The notes under the pieces: model-generated
Told to the model about the DNA's origin: nothing
The model's input: only the letters and a program-made list of their open reading frames with translations
Databases searched by the model: none
IMG/VR virus record: IMGVR_UViG_3300030116_006124
Location: 1-58,537 of that record
Strand: one strand, 5' to 3'
DNA length: 58,537 nucleotides
Origin: a virus
Lineage: Duplodnaviria > Caudoviricetes
In this document: positions 20,625-29,864 of the stretch, one piece after another
Layout: each line of letters opens with the position of its first letter
How positions within the stretch are numbered: the first letter of the stretch is position 1
Program-made: the position numbers and the translations under genes

Positions 20625-20738
20625 AAACAACTAACCCCACCCCTACAGCCAGAAAGAAGCAAAGAGCTGTAAGAGCGGGGCGTTGTTTTGGTAAAAGACA
20701 ATCAAGATGAAAGGGGAATACCTACAAACCTTTCATCT
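20625..20738. terminator. Two stem-loops between convergent transcription units (terminator and/or sRNA)
   Basis: AAACAAC..CCCC..TACAGC / GCTGTA..GGGG..GTTGTTT (20625-20688) and AGATGAAAGG / CCTTTCATCT (20705-20738). Confidence 0.55.
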
Positions 20739-20778
20739 ATCATGTCAGTGTATCGACGGAGCGATAAATTTTTCTTCA

Positions 20779-21018
20779 TTAAAAAATAGCCTTCACCTGA
20801 AACATATATCGATTCATTAAAGAATCATATGTTGATTCAGCATCTGCACGACTCGTTCCCCAATATAATGTCGTTGGGCTTTGCTTATCACGCTCACCAT
20901 ACACATGGTAGTTTGGAATCGGCTCATCAGATTGTGTCATTAGTATCCTCTCAAAAGGAGGTCGGTCAGGCTTACAATATTTTTTAATAAACATCTTACT
21001 CTTCCTGTGTGTTTTCAA
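20779..21018 (-). CDS. Hypothetical protein
   Basis: ORF at the end of the leftward operon. Confidence 0.5.
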   Translation of the reverse strand: MKTHRKSKMFIKKYCKPDRPPFERILMTQSDEPIPNYHVYGERDKQSPTTLYWGTSRADAESTYDSLMNRYMFQVKAIF

Positions 21019-21301
21019 CTTTAGCTTTTATTTTATCAATAGCACTGCTCACTTCTTCATGCTGAAGCAAAGACTTCACTTTACGTTCTGCAGATGAGAC
21101 AGTACTAAAATGTCTACCAAACATTGCACCGATTGTCTTCAATGGGATGCCATACTCTTTAGCTATGTACATTCCTAAGTGTCTCCAATCAGCGATTGTC
21201 CCTCCCGATACGTCGGATGATAGGTCTTCAGAGGTAAATCCCGATAACTCTGTAATGGCGTTGAGTACTGTTTGTGGTTCTACTTTTTTTACTAATTTCA
21301 T
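20996..21301 (-). CDS. Stand-alone DnaA domain IV (Bac_DnaA_C)-like HTH protein
   Basis: RHLGMYIAKE...LKTIGAMFGRHFSTVSSAERKV resembles the DnaA C-terminal signature RQIAMYL...IG..FGGRDHTTV. Confidence 0.7.
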   Translation of the reverse strand: MKLVKKVEPQTVLNAITELSGFTSEDLSSDVSGGTIADWRHLGMYIAKEYGIPLKTIGAMFGRHFSTVSSAERKVKSLLQHEEVSSAIDKIKAKVENTQEE

Positions 21302-21474
21302 TTTGTTGGTTTATATTGATCTGTGTTAAATTGAAGACCCTTCCCTATGCGAGGAGGATCTGTTGGGAGGATGGGAAAAATTCTCACTGTATCCTTTAGG
21401 ATATTCCCACCATCATCCGTCTGAGCATCTACAATGATAGGAGCTCCTTTGGGACGGATCTGTCTTATTATATT
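21298..21474 (-). CDS. Hypothetical protein
   Basis: ORF 21298-21522; probable start MNIIRQ. Confidence 0.45.
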   Translation of the reverse strand, partial: NIIRQIRPKGAPIIVDAQTDDGGNILKDTVRIFPILPTDPPRIGKGLQFNTDQYKPTK

Positions 21475-21530
21475 CATTTTGGATATACAATTATAATTGA
21501 TATGAATGTATGAGTCAAACACATAAATGA

Positions 21531-21905
21531 TTACTCATTTTGATTTTCTATTATTGCAGTATCGGGTGCGTTCTTGTTGGATTCCCATTCAGCGAGCTTG
21601 ATCATGTCATCGATAGCAGCAAGCACAGCGACCTTCTCTTTGTAGTCCCTGTTCGATACAGCGACTTTAGATTTCACTTCAGCAGCAGTCATATAAACGT
21701 CACCAATGTTCTTAGGCTTGATAGGTTCGTCTAACTTAGTTGATTGTTTTAGTAATGATTTAAGAGGGAGCGATGTACCCTTGCCCCTTGTCCCCTTCTC
21801 ACGGAAAGTGATTGATGGTTCAGGGTCAGGTGTCAATGATACATGGTACATGGTTCCATCGATCTCTGCTTCTCTTGTTATTTGTTTCTCTAGTTTAGTT
21901 GCCAT
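21531..21905 (-). CDS. Hypothetical protein
   Basis: 124-aa ORF in operon. Confidence 0.6.
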   Translation of the reverse strand: MATKLEKQITREAEIDGTMYHVSLTPDPEPSITFREKGTRGKGTSLPLKSLLKQSTKLDEPIKPKNIGDVYMTAAEVKSKVAVSNRDYKEKVAVLAAIDDMIKLAEWESNKNAPDTAIIENQNE

Positions 21906-22119
21906 TTTCTTTATTATGTTTTTTAGTTTTTATTTTATCCCACGTCGCCTGTTCAGTTAAGTGGGTTATGTTTGTTGCGGGATGTATGTTGTCAGCCTCT
22001 TCTTCTTGTAACCATTTCAGTGCATGCTCTACTCCTGCTCTATAGCCAGAGCATCGCATACGCATCTTGATTAAGTGTAGTTCAAGCTCTCTATACTTTT
22101 CTTCCCAATCAATTTTCAT
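21895..22119 (-). CDS. Hypothetical protein
   Basis: 74-aa coupled ORF. Confidence 0.55.
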   Translation of the reverse strand: MKIDWEEKYRELELHLIKMRMRCSGYRAGVEHALKWLQEEEADNIHPATNITHLTEQATWDKIKTKKHNKENGN

Positions 22120-22457
22120 TTATATATTTTACTTATTTGTTCTTTAACTTCGGATAACCTTTCGAGTATATCTTTCTTTTCTTCTCTGTCCATTGCTCGT
22201 GTTGCAAGGAACTTTAGATCCCATTCTATATCTCCAAGTTCTTTTAAGATATGGAAGTTAGTGTTCTGACTTGGGTTATCCGTATGCACTATAGTCTCTA
22301 CGTGTTCAATAGCTTCGCTCATCGTTTCCGAATCAGCGATGTTATGTATCCGCTGTACTAGTGCTGATGTAAGCCCATCTTCGGACACATCCCAAGGATC
22401 TTTATGTGTAGTCGTGACACTAAACATAATGCTATAGTCGTGTGTATATGTGTTCAT
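22116..22457 (-). CDS. Hypothetical protein
   Basis: 113-aa ORF with A-rich leader. Confidence 0.6.
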   Translation of the reverse strand: MNTYTHDYSIMFSVTTTHKDPWDVSEDGLTSALVQRIHNIADSETMSEAIEHVETIVHTDNPSQNTNFHILKELGDIEWDLKFLATRAMDREEKKDILERLSEVKEQISKIYK

Positions 22458-22478
22458 TTATTTTATTTTATTTTTAAG

Positions 22479-23093
22479 TTAATGGTTTAGCTTTCCTCTG
22501 AAGTTGTTTGGTCTTGTTGATGGGGTATAGGAGCAAGACATTCCATACTCATATATTCTTTCAACATTCAATGATTCATCGGGTGGTTCCGTGTTGATGC
22601 AGAACTTATGATTCTGCTCACGATATTCAGAAACCATGTTAAGGGGCATGAGTAGAGAATATTTATCCTCATACTTAGGTTTATCTTTATAGCACCTCTC
22701 CCACTGCTTGCGAGCTTGTTCCTCCCGCTCCTCTTTTAGTTTCTTATCTAACGCTTCTTGTTCTTTCTTCTCTTGCTTTTCCCTTATAGCTTGTTCTTTC
22801 TTTTTGTTTATTTCATTTACACGTTCATTGATTACCTCTTGGTGTTCCCACATGTGATCCATAGCGGCTATGATTTGTCTCGTGTATAAACGTACAGCCT
22901 CTCGCTCTTCATCTGAATCTAAATCATCGTAAGCGAAGTAGTATTGACTAAGTGCCTGTCCCGCTCTTTCAAACCTACGCCAGTCGATATGATGCAGTTT
23001 ATGCGATTTAAGTATAGCGTCTGCCCTGTTAAGATATTCACACGCTTTTGCTTCAAGACCTTTAAGAAAAGGGATTGAGTTATCTTCGCTCAT
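22479..23093 (-). CDS. Hypothetical coiled-coil protein
   Basis: ORF 22479-23123; probable start MSEDN after an AGGAG RBS. Confidence 0.6.
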   Translation of the reverse strand: MSEDNSIPFLKGLEAKACEYLNRADAILKSHKLHHIDWRRFERAGQALSQYYFAYDDLDSDEEREAVRLYTRQIIAAMDHMWEHQEVINERVNEINKKKEQAIREKQEKKEQEALDKKLKEEREEQARKQWERCYKDKPKYEDKYSLLMPLNMVSEYREQNHKFCINTEPPDESLNVERIYEYGMSCSYTPSTRPNNFRGKLNH

Positions 23094-23180
23094 CTTTGTC
23101 TCTCCTTTCTGTAGCGGCTTCAAAGAATTTAAGTACTAGTACAATTAAGCACAACCATATGACTATTCCTGCTATGATCA

Positions 23181-23333
23181 TCATTCTGTTGCCTCCTCTG
23201 TTATAATTTCACACTCAGGAGCTGATAAAGTATCTGCTCCACTCTCCCACAAGAATACATTACTGATAGATCCTTCGTAATAAATAGCGATGTGATCATC
23301 ACTGTTTGGTATCTTAACTTCTAAGAGTTTCAT
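23181..23333 (-). CDS. Small hypothetical protein (50 aa, not in ORF track)
   Basis: MKLLEVKIPNSDDH...EATE*, ATGA-coupled to 23330-23572 with GAGG RBS. Confidence 0.5.
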   Translation of the reverse strand: MKLLEVKIPNSDDHIAIYYEGSISNVFLWESGADTLSAPECEIITEEATE

Positions 23334-23572
23334 TCTGATACCTCCTCTCTATGGGTTACAACATAGTGCCAGTGGAATGTTACAAAGTCCCCACAGGTTC
23401 GGCAGTTGCCGTTCTTACCATCATCGATGTAATGATCGTAATCTTCAGTCCACTCTTGGAAGCTATCCAAACAGATATCATCTGGTATCAAGTAATGTCT
23501 TTGTTTATGTTCACATGAACATTTCGAAATGTTAGTTTCTACAATGAAACCTCTTCTTATTTCTTCACTCAT
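23330..23572 (-). CDS. Small Cys/His-containing hypothetical protein
   Basis: CSC...CRTC, ATGA coupling, GGAGG RBS. Confidence 0.6.
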   Translation of the reverse strand: MSEEIRRGFIVETNISKCSCEHKQRHYLIPDDICLDSFQEWTEDYDHYIDDGKNGNCRTCGDFVTFHWHYVVTHREEVSE

Positions 23573-23859
23573 ACTGATACCTCCAATCTATTAGATGGAT
23601 CATATATAAGTTCATCAAAAGACATAAACTCTACAGGAGAATCTGATACTGTTATTCCTTCGACTTCATATGATGTATTTGTGTCAGGTATCTTTCCTTC
23701 TACTTGACTCCAACAAGCGTTCTTCTCACATCGTTGTTTTAAGTATAGATCGAAAACATCTTTCGAGTTTAAGTTTTCGTCAGCCTCATACCATGCGACT
23801 ACTCTTTCGCAATGGTAATCGCTTTCTTCTGTTACGAATATTGTGTAGTATTTTTTCAT
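23569..23859 (-). CDS. Hypothetical protein
   Basis: 96-aa ORF. Confidence 0.6.
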   Translation of the reverse strand: MKKYYTIFVTEESDYHCERVVAWYEADENLNSKDVFDLYLKQRCEKNACWSQVEGKIPDTNTSYEVEGITVSDSPVEFMSFDELIYDPSNRLEVSV

Positions 23860-23863
23860 TTTA

Positions 23864-24379
23864 TTATTTTGTTTTTATGTTATTGGTTTTAATTGTTCTT
23901 TGTTTAGCATTACCGAAAGGTTTGTCGGTGACATATCTTTCCTTATACCCAAAGTTGAATTTGAAAGATGGATCTCTGACAACCCATATGTGATACTGGT
24001 TTGCAGAATCTACTAACCGACTCTCTGCAGGGTATAGTTCAACTCCCTCGTTCTCCTCTCCGACTAACTGATTCTTGATCTCTTGAAAGTCTCGCCAGTC
24101 TTTCATGACCCCACGATCATGTCTCTTGATTGAGAGGTGGATGATATCCGATGAGGGATCATCAGTAACAGCGACTTGATATTTATCGTTAGTATATATC
24201 TTTTGACTGTCCACTATGTCCTTAACCCACTCTCTCACTTTGTATTCAACGAGATGTCTTTCTGAAGCGCAGAATAGTTTAACATAATACTCGTCGCCAT
24301 TATCATAGGCATCAAGGTGTTGTCTAACTAAACTATCAACTTCGCTTTGTTGTATGTATTGTCGTATTAGTTTTTTCAT
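23864..24379 (-). CDS. Conserved phage protein (DUF7694-like)
   Basis: HLSIKRHD...DWRDFQEIKNQLVG...VELYPAESRLVD.ANQYHIW motif. Confidence 0.65.
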   Translation of the reverse strand: MKKLIRQYIQQSEVDSLVRQHLDAYDNGDEYYVKLFCASERHLVEYKVREWVKDIVDSQKIYTNDKYQVAVTDDPSSDIIHLSIKRHDRGVMKDWRDFQEIKNQLVGEENEGVELYPAESRLVDSANQYHIWVVRDPSFKFNFGYKERYVTDKPFGNAKQRTIKTNNIKTK

Positions 24380-24405
24380 ATCTTCTTATCTAGTTTTTAT
24401 ATTTG

Positions 24406-25950
24406 TTATGCAGCGATACCTGCGTTGCTTGGTGGTGCGTCGATTGCCTCACCGATTGTGTAGTGTTTAGATTGTAATCCGTATGATACCCACAGCACTG
24501 GATAAGGCTGCTCTTGTAAGTTCCTTAGATCATTACTATAACCATCAGTTAAGTAGACTAGCCCGTCACAGAATGGTTCGTTCTCATTGACCCACTGGAA
24601 TGCGGGATGGAATCTTGTACCACCACCGACTTTGATTTTAGTTGGAGCTTGATCACCTGAGTACAACTCATACACGTCTCGCACCTCAGAGGATACGGAT
24701 AAGATGACCATCTTCTCAGGTCTCATATTATCAAGGAACTCTTGTGCAAGGATCAATAGATCAGATGTTAGTTGTTCATCCATCGACCAACTACTGTCGA
24801 TGACATAGACGATTGTGCCGCAACCATCACGACCACGACCTGCAGTGCATAGCCCATTGGTTGCGTTGAAGATCGGTGCATTGAATGGTCGAGTCCATCC
24901 GTCAGCAACACGAGCGGTGTTCCATTCCATGACATACTTTTTCCAGTCCATGTATGATCGTTGCGTCTTCTGATTCTTGACACTCCTCATAGTGTCACTC
25001 AAACCCAAGTCACTTGATGTCGATGCAAACTCAGCTTGCTTGATCACCTGATCTGAGATCTGATCAATCTCCTCAAGCACCTCCTCAAGTGTCTCACCCT
25101 CCTCAAGGTGTGGCTCGTCAGGTAAATCATCAGCACCCTGCCCGACCCAATCATCTCCTAAGATTTCTTTGTCGGTTGGTTTAGGTGTGCCTCCTGTAGC
25201 ATCGCCCTCTTGATCTCCGTCATCATCGCCATCGTCAGTACTATCGCCATCACTATCTGATTCACTTGTATCTTGATTAGTGTCAGCATCCTCATCGCAT
25301 GGCTCGTCACCACCATCGGATGACTGTGGATTATCATCACCATCCTGCTCACCATCCTGTTGATCATCGTCCTCTGCTCCCTGCTCATCGTCCATCTTGG
25401 ATTGTCCATTGTTCTCGTCTTTAGCAAGCTCGATGAGAATATTCTCCGTACTCATGTTATCGAATCGGATATCACAACATGACCCTTCGATCATCGGTAA
25501 CAGCTTCGCATTCTGTTTGAGTATGAGTAGATTATCTGCATGGTCAGCAGCAATATTGATTAGACGCTTACGCTTCATGAACTCATTCAGCACATGAGCG
25601 GGGGCATCATCATCTGGTATAGTACCCATCAACTTGAAGAGTCTGGATATACCCAACATCACATGACCTGATTCGTGAGCTAGTAGGAATGCAAGGTATC
25701 CAACTGGATCACTGGTCTGTTCTATCTTATCTAATACACCATACGGATTGAGCCGTAGGTATCTACCATCCGTCTGTCCATATGGTGTCTGATATGTCCA
25801 TACCCATTTGAGTAGTGTCAAGGCACTGTAGTAAGGGTACAGCTCTTTGGTTGTCTCTAGCCTACGGAATGCTTTGGCTAGTGTGCTATCTCCGTAGTGA
25901 TCAAACACAATCGGATCACCTTCTTGTATGTCTTCTATATTTGGTATCAT
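24406..25950 (-). CDS. DUF2201-like metallopeptidase fused to vWA domain
   Basis: TDG, AHESGH (HExxH), NIAAD, acidic linker, MIDAS IDSSWSM, GGGT.F, LTDGY, PVLW. Confidence 0.85.
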   Translation of the reverse strand: MIPNIEDIQEGDPIVFDHYGDSTLAKAFRRLETTKELYPYYSALTLLKWVWTYQTPYGQTDGRYLRLNPYGVLDKIEQTSDPVGYLAFLLAHESGHVMLGISRLFKLMGTIPDDDAPAHVLNEFMKRKRLINIAADHADNLLILKQNAKLLPMIEGSCCDIRFDNMSTENILIELAKDENNGQSKMDDEQGAEDDDQQDGEQDGDDNPQSSDGGDEPCDEDADTNQDTSESDSDGDSTDDGDDDGDQEGDATGGTPKPTDKEILGDDWVGQGADDLPDEPHLEEGETLEEVLEEIDQISDQVIKQAEFASTSSDLGLSDTMRSVKNQKTQRSYMDWKKYVMEWNTARVADGWTRPFNAPIFNATNGLCTAGRGRDGCGTIVYVIDSSWSMDEQLTSDLLILAQEFLDNMRPEKMVILSVSSEVRDVYELYSGDQAPTKIKVGGGTRFHPAFQWVNENEPFCDGLVYLTDGYSNDLRNLQEQPYPVLWVSYGLQSKHYTIGEAIDAPPSNAGIAA

Positions 25951-25994
25951 AGTATTCTATTTTTTAGTTAATGGTTTAATTTAACAAGAGCTTG

Positions 25995-27170
25995 TTAAAG
26001 TCCTTTCAGTTCTGCGTTCTTAGGATGCTCTTTCAATGGGATGCCCACGTTGATCGCTGCATGATATCCTGCTCTCGCAATCTCCTTGGTAGCGGGTAGT
26101 AGGAATCTATCAACGAACCAATCTACATCACCTGCAGACACAGCCGTTCCTCTGTCCCTGCCTCGACTCTCAAGGTCAGTTAGCTCATAGTCCATGATCC
26201 GTAGTGCAGCGTGGATCATCTTGAACTGATCAGTAGGTTTGTCTGACAAGTCCATGTCGCCTTTACGTACAGCATCAAGGTCATCGAGCAGACCTGTTGA
26301 GCTGTTGATGTATGCGATACAATCACGAGCTGTAGTGTCACCGACCTTAGATTGCAGTGTCAGCTTGAGATGCTTGTTGAACTCAGACTTACTAAGCTCA
26401 AGGTTGTTCTCAATATAGCTGATCTGTTTAGCAGCACTCGCCCATGATCTCGGAGTTGGGTGTGGTGATCCATCCCAAGGCTGTGGGATAGATGGAGCGA
26501 AGCGGTTACCATTCTCCAACTTAGCGTTGAACTGTAGATACTCAACGACTGGTGAGAACTTACTCCACGCAAACTCAGATGCCCAACTCAACCATGAGTT
26601 GATATCTGCTTTTAATATAAACTGATTACCACGATTCACTATCGGGGCATCCAGTACTGCAGAGCGTGATCCATCCTCACGTCGGTTACCTGTCACGAGT
26701 ATCTTGACATTCTCGCCAAGCCTATGCGAGCCGATCTTAGACTCACCATCTGGATCGATAGTACTACGTACCAACGATCTTGTATCGGCTGCCCACTCTG
26801 GCATCTCATCGAAGACTAGCAAGCAAGGAGTATCTTCCATGCCAAGTCTCTCAAGAAGTGCTGCCGTCGGTATACCCTCTGGCTCTGAGAATGACATGAG
26901 ATCCTCACCATTCGCACCCTTCTTCAAGACCCCATAACCTGTGATCTCAAGAGGTGATGCACCAGTGTAGTTACACTTGTACACCTTTACAGTTTCATCG
27001 GTAACTCCGTAGAGTTTAGCGATAGCCTTAGTTACTGAGGCATTGGCAAGAGCTGTCTTGCCTGTACCTCCTGATCCCAAGAGAATCATTACTGAGTCTC
27101 CTGATGAGTATACGATCTCAGCTTGTGTTTGTACGTCGCTGAATTTGATTTCTGGTGTTTCGGTATTCAT
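25995..27170 (-). CDS. MoxR-like AAA+ ATPase
   Basis: GSGGTGKT, LVFDE, TGNRRED, NR, PTPRSW. Confidence 0.85.
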   Translation of the reverse strand: MNTETPEIKFSDVQTQAEIVYSSGDSVMILLGSGGTGKTALANASVTKAIAKLYGVTDETVKVYKCNYTGASPLEITGYGVLKKGANGEDLMSFSEPEGIPTAALLERLGMEDTPCLLVFDEMPEWAADTRSLVRSTIDPDGESKIGSHRLGENVKILVTGNRREDGSRSAVLDAPIVNRGNQFILKADINSWLSWASEFAWSKFSPVVEYLQFNAKLENGNRFAPSIPQPWDGSPHPTPRSWASAAKQISYIENNLELSKSEFNKHLKLTLQSKVGDTTARDCIAYINSSTGLLDDLDAVRKGDMDLSDKPTDQFKMIHAALRIMDYELTDLESRGRDRGTAVSAGDVDWFVDRFLLPATKEIARAGYHAAINVGIPLKEHPKNAELKGL

Positions 27171-27225
27171 TGTATTTTATTTAGTTTTTTAGTTAATGGT
27201 TTAGTTAACAACTGAGTTGTTAAGA

Positions 27226-28173
27226 TTAGAGTCCACAGACAGCAAGCCTACTAGCTGTGCGTTCTGCTTGGTTGTACACATCCTCGATTGCAGTAGCAGC
27301 GAGCTTTCTTGTCGCTGATCCTGTCTTACCTAAGTGATCACGTTGGATGCTGCCAACCTCTTGAAGATCCCTGACAATATCATTGATGACATCGAACTCG
27401 AACCAGTTCAATTCCTTCAACTCTGCAGCAGCTTCTTTCAGCTCATCGAATGTCTTCTGATGGAGACGCTCACCCTTAGTCACTTTCTTAATAGCTTCTT
27501 TAAGTTTCTTCATAGCAGGTTCCAATACTTTGGAATGGTTCCTTGCCATGACATCGATGCGTGTCTTCTCAGATTGAGCAATCACTTTGTTAGCTACCTC
27601 CTCAGTCATACCTTCGAAGATAGTACCCTTCTTGATTGCCATCGGTGCAGCCGACCATGATACAGCGATCTTGAATTCTCCTAAGAACTCCTCGCCATTG
27701 TGAGGTACGTTGACTTCATGGATATTATCGCCCAAGCCTTCGATTGATTCAGCACGTATGGTATCCCACTCTCTCAAAGCATCCACTCGTAGATCATCGA
27801 GTTGTCTTGACATATCATCAATCATTGCTTGTATCTCAGCAACCTTGTCAGTGGATACAATACGTACCCCACGCACATCGCTTGGATGTGTGCCTATCTT
27901 ATAGTTCATCTGAGCCTGTTGCACGACACTAAGCATCTTGCCAAGAGAGTTGTTACGAGTCTCAAGAACTGTAGCTGAAGCTCTCACTCTCCCCTTCTTT
28001 GCATTGGTATCCTTAACCACTTCTTTAGTCTTCCCTTTAAGGGTGGCACTAAAGCCTGTCGGTTTACTACCTGCCCAAGTAACTTGGACAGTATTATTTA
28101 ACACTGTAAGGATCTCACTTTTAGCAAGACCTGCTTTGATTTCTTTATCGTTGTATTGGTTTATTGTATTCAT
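27226..28173 (-). CDS. DUF3150-like protein of the AAA/vWA triad
   Basis: 315 aa, helical, directly upstream of AAA and vWA genes; assignment largely by synteny. Confidence 0.5.
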   Translation of the reverse strand: MNTINQYNDKEIKAGLAKSEILTVLNNTVQVTWAGSKPTGFSATLKGKTKEVVKDTNAKKGRVRASATVLETRNNSLGKMLSVVQQAQMNYKIGTHPSDVRGVRIVSTDKVAEIQAMIDDMSRQLDDLRVDALREWDTIRAESIEGLGDNIHEVNVPHNGEEFLGEFKIAVSWSAAPMAIKKGTIFEGMTEEVANKVIAQSEKTRIDVMARNHSKVLEPAMKKLKEAIKKVTKGERLHQKTFDELKEAAAELKELNWFEFDVINDIVRDLQEVGSIQRDHLGKTGSATRKLAATAIEDVYNQAERTASRLAVCGL

Positions 28174-28202
28174 TATTTAGTTTATTTAGTTTGTTATTAT
28201 AC

Positions 28203-28230
28203 ATTATAATAGATTATTATAATAATGCAA
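28203..28230 (-). promoter_or_regulatory. Strong sigma70-like promoter for the DUF3150-like/AAA/vWA operon
   Basis: Minus strand TTGCAT-N16-TATAAT, 23 bp from a palindrome copy. Confidence 0.6.
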
Positions 28231-28249
28231 GAATTATTTTTTATGTTAA

Positions 28250-28774
28250 TCAGTTAACAACTGAGTTGTTAAAGAACTCTGCTGTTGCTTGGTGTACTAA
28301 GTCCTCCATGATTTCCCCATCACCCTCCACTTCTGCATCAGTTATCTCGACGTTATCGAGATTAAAATCATCATCAAAGTCAGAGGGGCTATAACCTTCC
28401 ACGATTTCTTTAGCTTCCTCCTCTGACTCAGCTTCAACCAATACGGATTCTTCAACCACTACAGAGACCCTGTAATACTTCTTGATTGGTTCGAACTGAT
28501 GTACAGTATATTCACTGTCCCCTACCCTCACCACTCTCCAAAGGAATGATGACCAGTAAGGTGATCTTGGCGATTCGTAGGAATCAAATACATGAAACCC
28601 ATTTGATGGTGGCACGAATCCCCCTACCATTTCTACGAAAGAACGAGGAATTTTTTCAAGCTCCTCCTCTGGTACTGTATTACTCCAAGAGCCTCCACAC
28701 TTTTCGAATTTGTATTCTGCTATTAATTTAAATGTATCTTCATTGAAGATGTCTGATGTTACTTCTACTTTCAT
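28250..28774 (-). CDS. Early-region cassette gene, acidic hypothetical
   Basis: 174 aa ending FFNNSVVN, encoded by the palindrome. Confidence 0.65.
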   Translation of the reverse strand: MKVEVTSDIFNEDTFKLIAEYKFEKCGGSWSNTVPEEELEKIPRSFVEMVGGFVPPSNGFHVFDSYESPRSPYWSSFLWRVVRVGDSEYTVHQFEPIKKYYRVSVVVEESVLVEAESEEEAKEIVEGYSPSDFDDDFNLDNVEITDAEVEGDGEIMEDLVHQATAEFFNNSVVN

Positions 28775-28824
28775 TTTTTATTTTATTAGTTTGTTATTTT
28801 ATATTCAGCTTAACAACTCAGTTG

Positions 28825-29070
28825 TTAAACTCTGATCTTCTTTACTCCTGTTATTTCGTTCTCGTGTGATGAGTCTGGATGACTGGCGATCAGACTGTAG
28901 AAACAACTCGTTGCTTCTTTGTATGAATCACAGCTCCATCCGTCCACGTAGACAGCTTCAACTGTCTCGCCCTTCTCATCTATAGTATCGAGTCTCCAAT
29001 CCACATCGAAGACTCCGTATCCATCACCCTGTCTGAGGGTAATCCAATGGTGTAGTTTATTTTTTGGCAT
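28825..29070 (-). CDS. Early-region cassette gene, hypothetical
   Basis: 81 aa; TAA stop lies inside palindrome 28810-28828. Confidence 0.65.
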   Translation of the reverse strand: MPKNKLHHWITLRQGDGYGVFDVDWRLDTIDEKGETVEAVYVDGWSCDSYKEATSCFYSLIASHPDSSHENEITGVKKIRV

Positions 29071-29107
29071 AGGTATTATTTGTTTTGTTTGTTTTTAATT
29101 TAACAAC

Positions 29108-29317
29108 TCAGTTGTTAAGTTCTTTTAGGCTCATTAGCCACTTGTTTCCTACAGCGAGATCATTCAAAAGAGTTAGAGTTTTCTCTAAGTCCTCTCTTTC
29201 TTCATTTACTCCTGTGTGATCCGCTCCATCTAGCTCATCTACTCTCCACTTGATCACCTCATAGGCATAATCTAAGTAATCAAGGCGAACTTCTTTTACT
29301 ATTTCTTGTATCTTCAT
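29108..29317 (-). CDS. Early-region cassette gene, hypothetical
   Basis: 69 aa; ends LNN-TGA inside palindrome 29100-29118. Confidence 0.65.
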   Translation of the reverse strand: MKIQEIVKEVRLDYLDYAYEVIKWRVDELDGADHTGVNEEREDLEKTLTLLNDLAVGNKWLMSLKELNN

Positions 29318-29341
29318 TTATCTATTTTGTTTATTTGCAAG

Positions 29342-29662
29342 TTACTTAACAACTGAGTTGTTAAAATACTCCTCGATATCTATTGCTATGTATCCCTCAT
29401 CCTTTGCGTTGGATGGGTTTACCAATGGCTCATGATCCCATGAGACCACGATCTCTTTTGAGTGAACGCTGTTATTCCTCTCATGTAAATAAGCTGTCAA
29501 GAATGCGATCGCATCCGCATACCGCTGTGACTCTGTGGAGATGAGGTATTGCTCACCGCCCTTGAACTTCCAATGAGCTTGCCCATCAGAAAACTTTCCA
29601 CTACCAGAGTGTGCTCCGTAGTTCTCCATATATTGTGTTGTTATGACGTAGTAGTATTTCAT
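29342..29662 (-). CDS. Early-region cassette gene, hypothetical
   Basis: 106 aa, TQYMENYGAH...WKFKGG motif; ends FNNSVVK through the palindrome. Confidence 0.7.
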   Translation of the reverse strand: MKYYYVITTQYMENYGAHSGSGKFSDGQAHWKFKGGEQYLISTESQRYADAIAFLTAYLHERNNSVHSKEIVVSWDHEPLVNPSNAKDEGYIAIDIEEYFNNSVVK

Positions 29663-29864
29663 TTATCTATTTTGTTTATAAGTTAATTAAGGTTGCATGC
29701 ACCATGCACCATTTAACAACTCAGTTGTTAACCCTGCCTTCCCCTCTACCGCAGTGATCCACTCCGCATTGCGAAATGACTGCGAGTCTTACAGCAAGAT
29801 TAACAACTCAGTTGTTAATGGTACATGGCACATGGTTCACCTAACAATTCAACCAGTGTTGAAA

